In this document: one piece after another, positions 19,356-29,202 of the stretch
How the letters are laid out: every line of letters begins with the position of its first letter
Numbering within the stretch: position 1 is the first letter of the stretch
Origin: an uncultured delta proteobacterium
Lineage (GTDB): Bacteria > Desulfobacterota > Binatia > UBA9968
Direction: 5' to 3'
DNA: 64,000 nt
NCBI GenBank assembly: GCA_963745835.1
Contig: CAVUZH010000003.1
Coordinates: forward strand, 480,001 to 544,000
Program-made: the position numbers and the translations under genes
The notes under the pieces: generated by a model
The model's database searches: none
The model's input: only the letters and a program-made list of their open reading frames with translations
What the model was told of the DNA's origin: nothing

Positions 19356-20270
19356 CTATCGTTTGGGCGCGCTGACCAGCACGACCGAGCCGATGATCAG
19401 ACTCGCGGCAAACAACGTGCGCCCGGTCATCGGCTCGTTCGCAAGAAAGTAACCGAGCAAAACTGCGACCAGCGGGTTGACGTAAGCGTAAGTCGATACC
19501 AGCGGTGTCGGCGCCACGCGCAGGAGCCAGACATAGGCAACAAAAGCCGCGGAACCCACCGCAGTCAGGTACGCCAGCGCGAGCGCCGAGCGTGATGAAA
19601 CCGCGCCGATATCCAGGTGGTTCCATTCGCCAGTAATGGTGGCGATCACCAGCAGTGCGACACCGCCGGCAAACATTTCCATGCCGGTTGCCAGTAGCGG
19701 TGACGCGGCAAGTCTTGCGGTCCTCGCATACAGAGAGCCGATCGCCCATGAGAGCGACGCAAACAGCACAGCCGTGGTGCCGAACAGATTGAAGACAAGG
19801 GCATCGCTGGCGGCGAACCGGATCAGCAGAACGACCCCGCCGAAGCCGATGAGAATGCCGATGATCGCAGCAACGCTCGGTCTTTGTTTGCCCCGCCGGG
19901 CCGAGTCGATGGCGACCATCCACAACGGTACCGTAGCGACCAGCAGCGCGGCGAGACTGGACGGAATGAACTGCGAAGCCCAGACCACGCCGCCGTTGCC
20001 GCCGAGTAAAAGAAAAATTCCGACGGTGGCGGCGCTGCGCCATTCCACTGCCGTGGGTTTGGCATCACCGGCGAAACGACGCCAGGTGTATAAACATGCT
20101 CCAGAGACGATGAAGCGAAAGGCCGCAGAGATAAACGGGGGAGTTGTTTCGACCGTGAAACGTATCGCCAGATAGGTAGATCCCCAGATGAGGTAAACCG
20201 CCAGCAAGGCCGACCAGATTGCCAGCGCAGAGGCTCGGTATTCCTGTGATGCCGGTGTTAACTGCCTCAC
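19356..20270 (-). CDS. EamA/DMT-family (YedA-like) transporter
   Basis: VYLIWGSTYLAIR and STYAYVNPLVAVLLG motifs; about 10 TM segments. Confidence 0.92.
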   Translation of the reverse strand: MRQLTPASQEYRASALAIWSALLAVYLIWGSTYLAIRFTVETTPPFISAAFRFIVSGACLYTWRRFAGDAKPTAVEWRSAATVGIFLLLGGNGGVVWASQFIPSSLAALLVATVPLWMVAIDSARRGKQRPSVAAIIGILIGFGGVVLLIRFAASDALVFNLFGTTAVLFASLSWAIGSLYARTARLAASPLLATGMEMFAGGVALLVIATITGEWNHLDIGAVSSRSALALAYLTAVGSAAFVAYVWLLRVAPTPLVSTYAYVNPLVAVLLGYFLANEPMTGRTLFAASLIIGSVVLVSAPKR

Positions 20271-20475
20271 CGACAGGCTCTTTCCAAGTGCACCTGCTCA
20301 TCGAGCGCATTTCCGAAGCCTCGCCGACAGTGATTGCGAAGCTGATAGACCGGCTGGAATAAACTCACGATTCGCCAAGCCGGCTCAAGACCGCTGAACC
20401 ACCAACTGTACCGTGATAATCGGGAGACTGCCGCCAGGTTGCCAAAAAACGTTTTCGCGATTGCGCGTTTGCCAC

Positions 20476-21627
20476 TCACGCCGGGACTAGCTCTGGATCT
20501 ACCGGATAGCGCGACAAAATTTCCGTTCCCGAATCGGTTACGCGCAGCAAGTGCTCGAGCTTGACCGGATAGTGATTAATCTCGAGAGCGACAATCATAT
20601 CCTCTTCCAAATTCACCACGTACTCCGGTGGATCGCCGCCGCGCAGCCAGGGCGATTCATAGATGCACAAACCGACGCCATGAAAACCGTCCAGTCCAGC
20701 CATTCTCGAGGAGCTATGTTTGCCGAAGCGGTTGAAAAGCTCGGTGCAAGGTCCGGGTTTAATCAGCGGCAATGCCTCCTGCAAACTCTCGTAAGCTTCC
20801 CGATAACGGTTCCGGCTCTGCGCCGTCGGCGTGCCGCGACTAAATGTACGGGCGAAGTCGCTGTAGTAACCTCCCGGTCCGGCGACGGTGGCATCGCAGA
20901 TCACCAGATCACCTTCCACCACCACCATATCCGTGCCCATGGGCTCGTTGTGAGCTCGCGCCTTGGACGATTCATAGATGGAAACGAATTCACTGCCCGC
21001 TTCGAATCCCTGATCCAGCAAAGAATCCAACATGATCCGGCTCAAGCGTTCTTCGGGCAGATCCGATTCATGCAGCGCCGCGCGAACCAGATCATAGCCT
21101 TTCTCTTTGGCCCGGGTCGTCCAGCGAATCAGTTGGAGCTCATCGGCGGTCTTTACCGCGCGCGCCTGACTGATTGCGCGAGAGCCGTCGACGAGTTTAA
21201 TGCCGGCGTCTCTCAATGCTTCGACTGCTTCAAGGTTCAGGCAATCGACGCCGACCCGCTCGGTGGTAATGCCCAATTCGCGAAGGTTCGCTACCGCTTG
21301 CGCGGCGAAGTCTCTGGTCGCAACCGGCGGCCGCATGCCGAACATAAATGCATCGAAGCGGCGAAACGGGCTCCGAGCCCTTGTTGATAGTTCGCGCTGG
21401 CAAATCAATGGAGCCCCGCTTTGAGGCACCAAGACAAAACGCTGAATCGCGGTGGCGCGCAGATTGATCATGAAAACCGAGTTGGTCGCATAACGAATGT
21501 TGAGCCAGTCGGTGAGCATGAGCGCCGCCAGATCGTGTTCTTTCATCGCTTGCTGCAGGCGCGACAAACGCTGCGATTTGAGCCGGTCATTATCGACGCC
21601 GAAAACACTCAGGTCCGGGTAATACAT
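20476..21627 (-). CDS. M24 (Xaa-Pro peptidase/creatinase-fold) family protein
   Basis: NIRYAT, ARAVKTADE, YYSDFARTF, HGVGL and ALE..LEH motifs. The start is ATG 21627 (AGGAGAG RBS); the longer ORF-track start runs into a MITE. Confidence 0.88.
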   Translation of the reverse strand: MYYPDLSVFGVDNDRLKSQRLSRLQQAMKEHDLAALMLTDWLNIRYATNSVFMINLRATAIQRFVLVPQSGAPLICQRELSTRARSPFRRFDAFMFGMRPPVATRDFAAQAVANLRELGITTERVGVDCLNLEAVEALRDAGIKLVDGSRAISQARAVKTADELQLIRWTTRAKEKGYDLVRAALHESDLPEERLSRIMLDSLLDQGFEAGSEFVSIYESSKARAHNEPMGTDMVVVEGDLVICDATVAGPGGYYSDFARTFSRGTPTAQSRNRYREAYESLQEALPLIKPGPCTELFNRFGKHSSSRMAGLDGFHGVGLCIYESPWLRGGDPPEYVVNLEEDMIVALEINHYPVKLEHLLRVTDSGTEILSRYPVDPELVPA

Positions 21628-21645
21628 GAACTCTCCTAATTTTTG

Positions 21646-21794
21646 GCAGGCCGCTGAAAAAGACCCATATGCTTCGTTCCGCTCAATCGATTCGCTGCAA
21701 CGTACTGGGAGTACGCCTTCGCTCATCGACTTTTCGCGCGCCTCGCATCTGAATCTTTTTGAGCAGCCTGCAACCAGAGTTTTCAGCTCACTGC
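21646..21794. mobile_element. MITE family A, copy 2
   Basis: GCAGGCCGCTGAAAAAGACCCATATGC...TCTTTTTGAGCAGCCTGCAACCAGAGTTTTCAGCTCACTGC is a reverse-complement homolog of 37881-38036. Confidence 0.8.
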
Positions 21795-21895
21795 CATTTG
21801 ATATATCGCTTGCGCCGAATAGGCGTCAAGAATGAATCAGCATTCTTAGCGACCGGGAAGCTTGAGCTAGCGCGCCCATTCCGGATGCAAAACTG

Positions 21896-21928
21896 TTGAC
21901 TCTGAAAATCATTCAGAATAGCTCTGAA
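21896..21928 (+). promoter_or_regulatory. Putative promoter with repeated operator half-sites
   Basis: TTGACT (-35-like) overlaps TCTGAA-N5-TTCAGA-N5-TCTGAA upstream of the TAXI gene. Confidence 0.4.
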
Positions 21929-21957
21929 GTTTTCAACAAACTAAAGGAGAATACTTA

Positions 21958-22947
21958 GTGGCTTATGATGATCGCAGTGTAAAACCCATGAGCGCCAGCC
22001 TGATGCGCGCGCGGATTGCTACGAAAATTCTTTCCGGACTCTATGAGGATGCTCCGACGCTGTTGACCAGCGCCATTCGATTGATGGTCGAATTGCCCGG
22101 CGGTTCGGCGCATTCGGGCCCGCCCTATCCTTTTACCATCGGCGTAAGTCCCGCATGGTGCAGCGGGCTCAACGGCGCCAAACTCGTCGCCAGCGGCAAG
22201 CTCGATCTGGTCTGGCTCAATCCCTCGATCATTCCATCCATGGCGGTTCGAGGAGTGGGGCCGTTTCGGCGCAAGTATCCGCTGCGCGCTCTGGCGGTGT
22301 TTCCATCCTGGGATCGTTTAGTGATCGCGGTCTCGCCGCAGTTGGGCGTGCGCACGATGGAAGAGCTTATCGATAAAAAGCCCAAGATGAATGTGTCGAT
22401 AGCAGTCAACGATTGCGTCGATTTCGCGATCAAGACGCTGCTCAAGGCGCACGGCATTTCACAGCAGGATTTTATCGAGTGGGGCGGCACCGTGGATGAG
22501 GTGGTGCGCCCGAGCAATCCGCACCGCCGGGAAGGAATCGTCTCCGGCACGCTCGATATGGTTATCGACGAAGGTATGGACTCCTGGGGCGACGTTGCAG
22601 TGGAGCATGGAATGAGGTTTCTTTCCTTTTCCGAGCCTGTGCTGAAGAAGTTGGAAAAATATGGCTTTCAAAGGGCCAGGCTCGATCACGGTCGCATCGC
22701 CGGCATCAACGATCCCACTACGGTGGTCGACTTTAGCGGCTGGCCGATCGTCGTACATGAGAAATTTCCGGACGAACTGGCCTATCACATCGCGGGCGTG
22801 CTGGATAAGATCCGCGAGGACATTCCTTACGATGCAACCGAGACGCCATCAATGAAGCAGCTGTGCACCAACACGGAAGCGGGCCCGCTGGATTTTCCGC
22901 TGCATCCGGGAGCGGAGCGGTATTATCGAGAGAAGGGTTATCTGTAA
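21958..22947 (+). CDS. TAXI-family TRAP solute-binding-like protein
   Basis: LRALAVFP, PDELAYHIA and FPLHPGAERYYREKG motifs; AAGGAG RBS. Confidence 0.85.
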   Translation: MAYDDRSVKPMSASLMRARIATKILSGLYEDAPTLLTSAIRLMVELPGGSAHSGPPYPFTIGVSPAWCSGLNGAKLVASGKLDLVWLNPSIIPSMAVRGVGPFRRKYPLRALAVFPSWDRLVIAVSPQLGVRTMEELIDKKPKMNVSIAVNDCVDFAIKTLLKAHGISQQDFIEWGGTVDEVVRPSNPHRREGIVSGTLDMVIDEGMDSWGDVAVEHGMRFLSFSEPVLKKLEKYGFQRARLDHGRIAGINDPTTVVDFSGWPIVVHEKFPDELAYHIAGVLDKIREDIPYDATETPSMKQLCTNTEAGPLDFPLHPGAERYYREKGYL

Positions 22948-23066
22948 GACGAACGTTCTGCTCGCGCTCGGCGTAGGTGCCAATGCCGGAGGTGGAACGT
23001 AGGGCGCGCCGGGCAAGAAACAAAAGGTGCCCAATACACAGCAGGTTAACTTGAAATGCCTCGCCG

Positions 23067-23474
23067 TTACGGCGCCATTCCCGGGGGCCATTCCTCATAC
23101 TGTGGCAATGCATCGACGATCTCGTGCCAGGGGGCTTTGGAACCGACGAAGATGTGTTCGCCGGGACGCACACCCGGATCACCATCGACAGTTCCCAACA
23201 CCACTTCGGTGATCTTTCCGGAATCACTAAGACCGAGCGGGGAGCCGCACTTTCTGCAAAAGCACCTCGCTTTTCCAGGTGAGGATTCGTAACGAGCGAT
23301 AAATTCTACGCCTCTAGTCCAGCGAAACTGATCCGGATCGACGTGCGCCCACGTCGCAAATGCCGCCCCATGAGACTTCCTGCACATTGAACAATGGCAA
23401 TGCCCGGCCGCTTTGAACGGGCCGGTAATCTCGTACCGCACAGCTCCACATAGACAGCTCCCCGTTATCGCCAT
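23067..23474 (-). CDS. GFA (CENP-V/glutathione-dependent formaldehyde-activating) family protein
   Basis: GSCLCGAVRY, CHCSMCRK, FCRKCGS and HIFVGSKAPW motifs. Confidence 0.92.
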   Translation of the reverse strand: MAITGSCLCGAVRYEITGPFKAAGHCHCSMCRKSHGAAFATWAHVDPDQFRWTRGVEFIARYESSPGKARCFCRKCGSPLGLSDSGKITEVVLGTVDGDPGVRPGEHIFVGSKAPWHEIVDALPQYEEWPPGMAP

Positions 23475-23783
23475 TTTTGCCTCCTACGTAGATTGTTGTG
23501 TCCCGGATTATGGGACCGCCTCACATGCGCGTCTGTAGCGATCATTTCTTCATATCCTTATCAAGCGCCGAGAAGCCGCCGAAGGTGCGCCGGCCGATGC
23601 GACGGCCGTCAGAGACGAAATACGACCTGATATCCGATAATCCGATGCAAACTCCTTCAGGTATGTCCTTCGGTTTGGGTTGCACCATTGCTTTGCCAAA
23701 AGAAGTACATCGCTTTCTTACAACAAGATAGATAGATACTAGCGCTTGAGCGGTTTGATTTTGGTGTGATAGTTGACCCAATT

Positions 23784-24584
23784 ATGTTGAATATCGTACC
23801 AAAGGAACGCGCCGAACGGCACAGCGGATCTCAGACGGTCCTTTTTGCGCTAGACGTTTTAGAAATTCTTTCTTGGAAGGGCACGGTCGGCGTAACCGAA
23901 ATCGCTAAAGCTCTCCACTCTGACAAGAGCCGTGTGGTCAGGGTGATGAAGAGTCTTGCTCTGCGCGGCTATATCACACGTGATGAGTCACGAAAGTACA
24001 GGCTCGGACCTAGCGTCGCCAAACTCGGTGAGGGTTACCGGCAGCATAATTGTCTGATTACAGTGGCGCGATCTGCTCTGTGCCGCTTGCGTGAAACGTT
24101 CCAGGCAACGGCGATCCTCCGGGTGCTCGATGGTTATCACGTTGTAACGGTGGCAGTAGAGGAAAGTTCTTCGATCTTGAGAATCACCCATCAGATCGGA
24201 GCACGCTTTCCTCTCACCATAGGGGCGCACAGTAAGGTGTTCGCCGCTTTTATGTCTGAAGATTTGGTGCGGCATATTCTGAAGACTCAAAAGGAGAGTG
24301 TCTATACAAATAAGAAAGTGGTTAATATCGCAAAGTTTATCCAACATCTTCGACGAGTCCGAAAGTGCGGCTATGGCTTTAGTGACGAGGAAATTGCGAG
24401 GGGGGTGCGAGCGTTGGCGGCCCCGATACGAGATTCGACCGGCAATGTCGTCGCGACTATAGGTATAAGTTTACCGACGTTCGATTTGCCAAACTCTAGG
24501 ATTGAACGCACCGCGGAGCAGGTTAAAAAATCCGCGGACGATGTCTCCAGGCAATTGGGTTGGGAGTATACAAAAGAAAAATAG
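23784..24584 (+). CDS. IclR-family transcriptional regulator
   Basis: N-terminal HTH (GVTEIAKAL..YRLGP) and C-terminal GYGFSDEE..GVRALAAPIRD. Confidence 0.92.
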   Translation: MLNIVPKERAERHSGSQTVLFALDVLEILSWKGTVGVTEIAKALHSDKSRVVRVMKSLALRGYITRDESRKYRLGPSVAKLGEGYRQHNCLITVARSALCRLRETFQATAILRVLDGYHVVTVAVEESSSILRITHQIGARFPLTIGAHSKVFAAFMSEDLVRHILKTQKESVYTNKKVVNIAKFIQHLRRVRKCGYGFSDEEIARGVRALAAPIRDSTGNVVATIGISLPTFDLPNSRIERTAEQVKKSADDVSRQLGWEYTKEK

Positions 24585-24642
24585 GTCTTTTGTAACCGTA
24601 CAGTACTGAGAGACTGCCTACGTGATCGGTTCGTGAAAGGAA

Positions 24643-24927
24643 TTGAAAACGTCAAGGTATGTCGATGCTGATGGCCATATTATGGAAAAGACGGCGGAGT
24701 TTATCGAGTATCTCGATGAACCTTGGAGGAGTGCCGACACAGCCACAGAGCGGCGATTATTACCTACGCTTGATAAACGAGAATTTCCTCTCGAAGAAAC
24801 AGTACCAAGTCTTGAAGGGTTTAAATTGATTTTATCCTCTTTGGCGGAAAAAACTCCCAAAGCAAGAACAGCCAAACCCGAGGACTTTGCCGATTTGCGA
24901 TTTATCTCAAACCGGGTATATCGATAA
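24643..24927 (+). pseudogene. Chimeric deletion remnant: amidohydrolase N-terminus joined to an NMT1-type SBP C-terminus
   Basis: YVDADGHIME..YLDEPW (amidohydrolase_2 start) is followed by VPSLEGFKLIL..PKARTAKPEDFADLRFI, the C-terminus seen in the SBPs at 41891 and 55851. Confidence 0.7.
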
Positions 24928-25057
24928 TCTCTACAAGAGGTGAGAAGCACCCCGATGTCTCACCCAAAGTAGGCAGAGGATCAGGAACTCGCCTTTGTTC
25001 AATAGTTTTGCCGATAGTGAAACATTCACAGATACGCCGAATGGTCATGAGGTGCTT

Positions 25058-26140
25058 ATGAGAGCGATTGTGCGATCCAGTGGAGTGTTACTTCTTTTCA
25101 CGGTGCTGTTTGGAGCTACGACAGTCCAAAGCTGGGGGGCGCCCGCCAAAGTCAGCTTTGACGAGAAAGCGGTCGCAGAGTTTTACAGGGGTAAGACCGT
25201 ACGCATCATTGTCGGGTTTTCCGCCGGGGGCGGTTACGATGCTTATTCGCGTGTGATCGGCCGTCACCTTCACAAGCATATTCCTGGCAACCCGACCGTT
25301 GTCGTCGACAATATGGCTGGAGCGGGGAGCATTCTGGCGGCGAACCACATCAACAACGTTGCTCCTAAAGACGGCACGATCATCGGCAATTTCAGCGGGC
25401 AGATTATTCTGGAACAGCTTTTTGCCAATCCGGCCGTCCAGTACGACATGGCGAAGTTTCCAATTCTCGGAGTTCCAATTGGAGAAACTTACTTGCTCGT
25501 GGTCACGCGCAAACCCGGCGTTACGAAGTACGAAGAGGTGCTCGGTCCTAAGAGCAAACAAATCGTCATGGGAGGAATTCCCGGATCTACCGTGGAGCAA
25601 GCGCCAATCATCATGCGCGACGCATTGGGCGTCAACATCAAAGTGGTAAGCGGCTATAAGGGCACTTCCGACATCCGGCTGGCAATCGATAGCGGGGAAG
25701 TGGATGGTCTCTTTAACAGCTGGACGTCGCTCAAGATTACCTCTCTCGACAAGATAAAAAGCGGCGAATGGCTCGTGCTCGCGCAAATCGGTGAAGAGCC
25801 AATCCGCGATCTGCCTAACAGCAGCAATATTCCGACAATACCGTTGCTAGCCAAGACTGCCGAGCAGCGGGAACTATTGCGCTTCGGCATAGCGGCACCC
25901 AATCAGTTTGGAAAGATCTATGTGCTGCCTCCCGGCGCGCCCCAAGATCGTACGTCGGCGCTGCAGGCGGCGTTCACGAAAATTTTCGAGGACAAAGAGT
26001 TTCTCGCCGAAGCCGATAAAGGCCGACTTGAGATCGATCCGGTGGGCGCGCAGCAGGCGCACGGACTCATCACTGATTTGATGGGAATGTCGCCGGCGGT
26101 GAAAGCGCAGCTGCAGAAGATGCTCAGGACGCCTAAATGA
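25058..26140 (+). CDS. Tripartite tricarboxylate transporter substrate-binding protein (TctC/Bug)
   Basis: FYRGKTVRIIVGFSAGGGYD, NMAGAG and GYKGTSDIRLA motifs. Confidence 0.92.
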   Translation: MRAIVRSSGVLLLFTVLFGATTVQSWGAPAKVSFDEKAVAEFYRGKTVRIIVGFSAGGGYDAYSRVIGRHLHKHIPGNPTVVVDNMAGAGSILAANHINNVAPKDGTIIGNFSGQIILEQLFANPAVQYDMAKFPILGVPIGETYLLVVTRKPGVTKYEEVLGPKSKQIVMGGIPGSTVEQAPIIMRDALGVNIKVVSGYKGTSDIRLAIDSGEVDGLFNSWTSLKITSLDKIKSGEWLVLAQIGEEPIRDLPNSSNIPTIPLLAKTAEQRELLRFGIAAPNQFGKIYVLPPGAPQDRTSALQAAFTKIFEDKEFLAEADKGRLEIDPVGAQQAHGLITDLMGMSPAVKAQLQKMLRTPK

Positions 26141-26484
26141 GGCGTAAGAATACGAACCGTTGGCAGATATCCAATGGGGGTCGGGGCGGTCGGAAAAGAA
26201 TTGCCGATTGACTTGACCTACTCTAAAGGGACGGACTCCGCACTGCTCGGTGAGCGAGAATTGCAATTGCGTTTGAACACTAAGTTGGGCTACGTGCGGA
26301 CGACTGCGTAATGAAATAGAAGCTCGCTTTACTAAGGGCCGGCTGTGGATGGTTATTGGGCCTGAAGCCATAAGGGAAGCGCCAAGGAAGGGTAGCCAAC
26401 CGTGCCTTAAACCGTAAAGGGATAAAGTATTTCATGGGAGATGTTCGGAAAGAGATAAGAAATCAATCAACTGAGGAGGGATAG

Positions 26485-26928
26485 ATGGCAACTACAAATT
26501 TTACGGTAGCCGGCAAATGTCGCTGTTCTAACAACCCGGTTCATTTTGAATACAGCAAGGAGCCCTACGAAGTTCACTACTGCCTCTGCACCGACTGCAC
26601 TGATACTTGCGGCGGAGCGATGGCTATCATTGCGGTCGTGGAGAAGAATGCCTTCAAAATTCTCCAGGGCGATGACAAGATTCAAAACTTCGATACAAAA
26701 CCGACCTGCCATCGTAAATTCTGCAAGGTGTGTGGATGTCATATGTTTCTATACGTCGATGGCTTTCCAGATTTCGTTCTGATCCATGTCCCGACCCTCG
26801 ATCGTGCGCAGGATGTCGGCAAGAGACCCGATCGATGGGTATTTGTAAACTCCAAACATCCGTTAATTGTTCTTCCTGAGGATGGACTCCCGCGCCATCC
26901 AGGTTGGGCGCCGACTGCGAGTGCTTAG
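26485..26928 (+). CDS. GFA family protein
   Basis: GKCRC, YCLCTDC and RKFCKVCG motifs; GAGGAGG RBS. Confidence 0.88.
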   Translation: MATTNFTVAGKCRCSNNPVHFEYSKEPYEVHYCLCTDCTDTCGGAMAIIAVVEKNAFKILQGDDKIQNFDTKPTCHRKFCKVCGCHMFLYVDGFPDFVLIHVPTLDRAQDVGKRPDRWVFVNSKHPLIVLPEDGLPRHPGWAPTASA

Positions 26929-26936
26929 CAGCCTAG

Positions 26937-27014
26937 ATATTTTCTGATCTCAAGGAAGCCTTCGACCTGATGCACTCGAGTGAAACGGTCCGGAGCGTGG
27001 TCCTCTACTACTGA
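26937..27014 (+). pseudogene. C-terminal remnant of a Zn-dependent (class III/formaldehyde-type) alcohol dehydrogenase
   Basis: IFSDLKEAFDLMHSSETVRSVVLYY* resembles the 'INEAFDLMH.G.SIRSVV.Y' end of FrmA/AdhC. Confidence 0.55.
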
Positions 27015-27060
27015 TCAGGTGATCAGATTCAGTAAACCTTTGCTGCGGAAAGGAACCGTA

Positions 27061-28086
27061 ATGTTGAGGAAGCTGAGTTGGTTATTCGTGCTATTTGTGC
27101 TCGAACTAGCATCGCCGAACGGAGTCTTCGCGCAAGAACCGTTTTACAAAGGTAAAACTGTGCGCATCATCGTAGGTTTCTCAGCAGGCGGAGGATTCGA
27201 CACATATGCGCGAGTGATAGCGAGGCATATGGGAAGGCATATTCCGGGCGGGCCGGCAATCTTAGTTGAGAACATGCCGGGTGCGGGAAGTTTGATTGCG
27301 GCCAACCATGGTTACAACACTGCCAAGCCGGACGGACTGACGATTAACAACTGGATTGGCGGGTTGGTGCTCCAGGCAGTCTTGGGTGGCAAAGGTATCC
27401 AATTCCACGCGCCGAAATTCGAGTGGGTTGGAGCGCTTCAAGATAGTCAGAGCTGCGGCCTTACGAAAGCAAGCGGAGTTTCGAACGTCCAAGAATGGCT
27501 TGCGGCAAAAAATCCGATCAAGCTCGGCGGAACAGCATCCGGAAGCACGGATGTCGACATACCGAAGATCTTAAAAGCTACCCTGGGGCTTCCGATCCAA
27601 CTTGTCGAGGGATATAAAGGAACTGCTGACATCCGGATCGCAGCCGATTCCGGAGAGGTTTCCGGTTACTGCGGCACCTGGGCAGGCATGAAATCCACTT
27701 GGAGCCAAGCGTTAGAGGCAGGCAATGCTCACATCGTGGTCCAGATCAATTCAAAGAAACACCCTGACCTCATCAACGTGCCCAACGCTGTGGATTTGGC
27801 AAAGACCGATGAGACACGCGAGCTTATAAAAATGGGAATTCATTACCAAGCCGACATCTCTCGAAATTACTCCCTGCCGCCGGCCACTCCGAAAGAGCGG
27901 GTAGCGATTCTTCAAAGCGCTTTTTTGCAAACCATGAAGGACAAAGACTTTCTTGCAGATGCCCAAAAGGCGAAGCTTTCCGTGGAGAGCATATCGGGCG
28001 ACGATGTTTCCAGAATCGTGTCCGATTACTCCGCCATGAAGCCGGAACTAGTCAATCGATTGAAAGAAATCATGCTGCCAAACTAG
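27061..28086 (+). CDS. TctC/Bug substrate-binding protein
   Basis: FYKGKTVRIIVGFSAGGGFD and ENMPGAG motifs; signal peptide. Confidence 0.92.
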   Translation: MLRKLSWLFVLFVLELASPNGVFAQEPFYKGKTVRIIVGFSAGGGFDTYARVIARHMGRHIPGGPAILVENMPGAGSLIAANHGYNTAKPDGLTINNWIGGLVLQAVLGGKGIQFHAPKFEWVGALQDSQSCGLTKASGVSNVQEWLAAKNPIKLGGTASGSTDVDIPKILKATLGLPIQLVEGYKGTADIRIAADSGEVSGYCGTWAGMKSTWSQALEAGNAHIVVQINSKKHPDLINVPNAVDLAKTDETRELIKMGIHYQADISRNYSLPPATPKERVAILQSAFLQTMKDKDFLADAQKAKLSVESISGDDVSRIVSDYSAMKPELVNRLKEIMLPN

Positions 28087-28134
28087 TTCATACAGACAGG
28101 AAACGGATTGCCCACATAAAAAGGGGGGAGCGAA

Positions 28135-28941
28135 ATGGATTTGTCCGAAGAAGTGAAAAAAACACTGACAGAAATTCTCGCCAAATATGCCGCGGGCAAT
28201 GCTGAAATCGTGCGAGCCTATTTCAGCCACCCAAGATCCAGAGAGCAAGATATCGCCTGGTTGAAGTGTCAGGCGGCGCGGGAGCTCACGACGGCTTGGA
28301 AGTTCCTGGATAACCTGAAAGATCTGCAGCCTAAGTTCGAAAAGGAACTCAAGCGCAAGGACTATGAGAACCTCGCGCGAGCATTTTCCGAAGAACTGGA
28401 ACACTATCGTCTGTTTGTGGCGATTCTCGAAGAACAGTTCGGAGAAAAGATCGATGTAGATGAGTTGCTGACACTCGGCGTATGGAGTGATAACGAGCGT
28501 TTCCCTGAAAATACAAAAAAAGCTCGCTATGAGAAGGAACTGCGCGCTTCAGGGGATGAGATGGCTAAGATCGCCCTTGGCATCGGCGAGGGTGGTGGTT
28601 CCGGTTGGCTTATCGGATTGAGCCGTATTACCGGAGGCGAGCTGGAACAACGGATGGCGCATGCCGCAAGAGAGATCTCCCATGATGAGATGTTTCACGG
28701 CCCGATTCACATCGCCGCTGCCGCCCGACGCATCAAAACGCCCGAGCAACTCGAAAGAGCGAAAACCGTCTTAGCGCGATACCTACAGCATCACTTGCGG
28801 ATGAAAAACGAACAGTTCGGAAATCCTCTTTCCAAGGAACGTCTCGAAGAAATCGATCAAGGCAAGGTCCAGCCTTTGGAGGGAGTTGATTTTTCGCCGA
28901 TTGGACGAGAGCGCGAAGATCTTGCCGCATACGCATTGTAA
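28135..28941 (+). CDS. Ferritin-like (di-iron four-helix) domain protein
   Basis: Two ExxH motifs (EELEHY, DEMFH) with upstream Glu residues (ARE, GEGGG). Confidence 0.65.
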   Translation: MDLSEEVKKTLTEILAKYAAGNAEIVRAYFSHPRSREQDIAWLKCQAARELTTAWKFLDNLKDLQPKFEKELKRKDYENLARAFSEELEHYRLFVAILEEQFGEKIDVDELLTLGVWSDNERFPENTKKARYEKELRASGDEMAKIALGIGEGGGSGWLIGLSRITGGELEQRMAHAAREISHDEMFHGPIHIAAAARRIKTPEQLERAKTVLARYLQHHLRMKNEQFGNPLSKERLEEIDQGKVQPLEGVDFSPIGREREDLAAYAL

Positions 28942-29202
28942 CTTCGCTCTCTATCGTATTGTAGACCCGAGAGGAAATTATCCGGAAGACCCGAGAGGAC
29001 TTGCTGCGAAACCTCTCAACGGCGACGACCGCAGCCGACCTTACAAAATCCTTTCACACGTCGGACATTACGATGTTGAACCTGCTCAGCTTGACTGCTG
29101 ATAGGGTGTTTACTGTCACTAATCTTGGCCAGCTCCTTATGACTGAGCGGCAATCATAAATAGCATCCAAACAATTCAAGGCAAATTGCGCTAGGAGGCA
29201 GT

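Noticed and set aside
21628-21726. N-terminal extension of the M24 peptidase
   Set aside because: It is translated MITE sequence; the real RBS and ATG are at 21627.
23542-23781. 79-aa ORF divergent from iclR
   Set aside because: No RBS or motif; at most an unidentifiable remnant.
28964-29000. Direct repeat GACCCGAGAGGA x2
   Set aside because: Only two short copies, probably a local duplication with no evident function.
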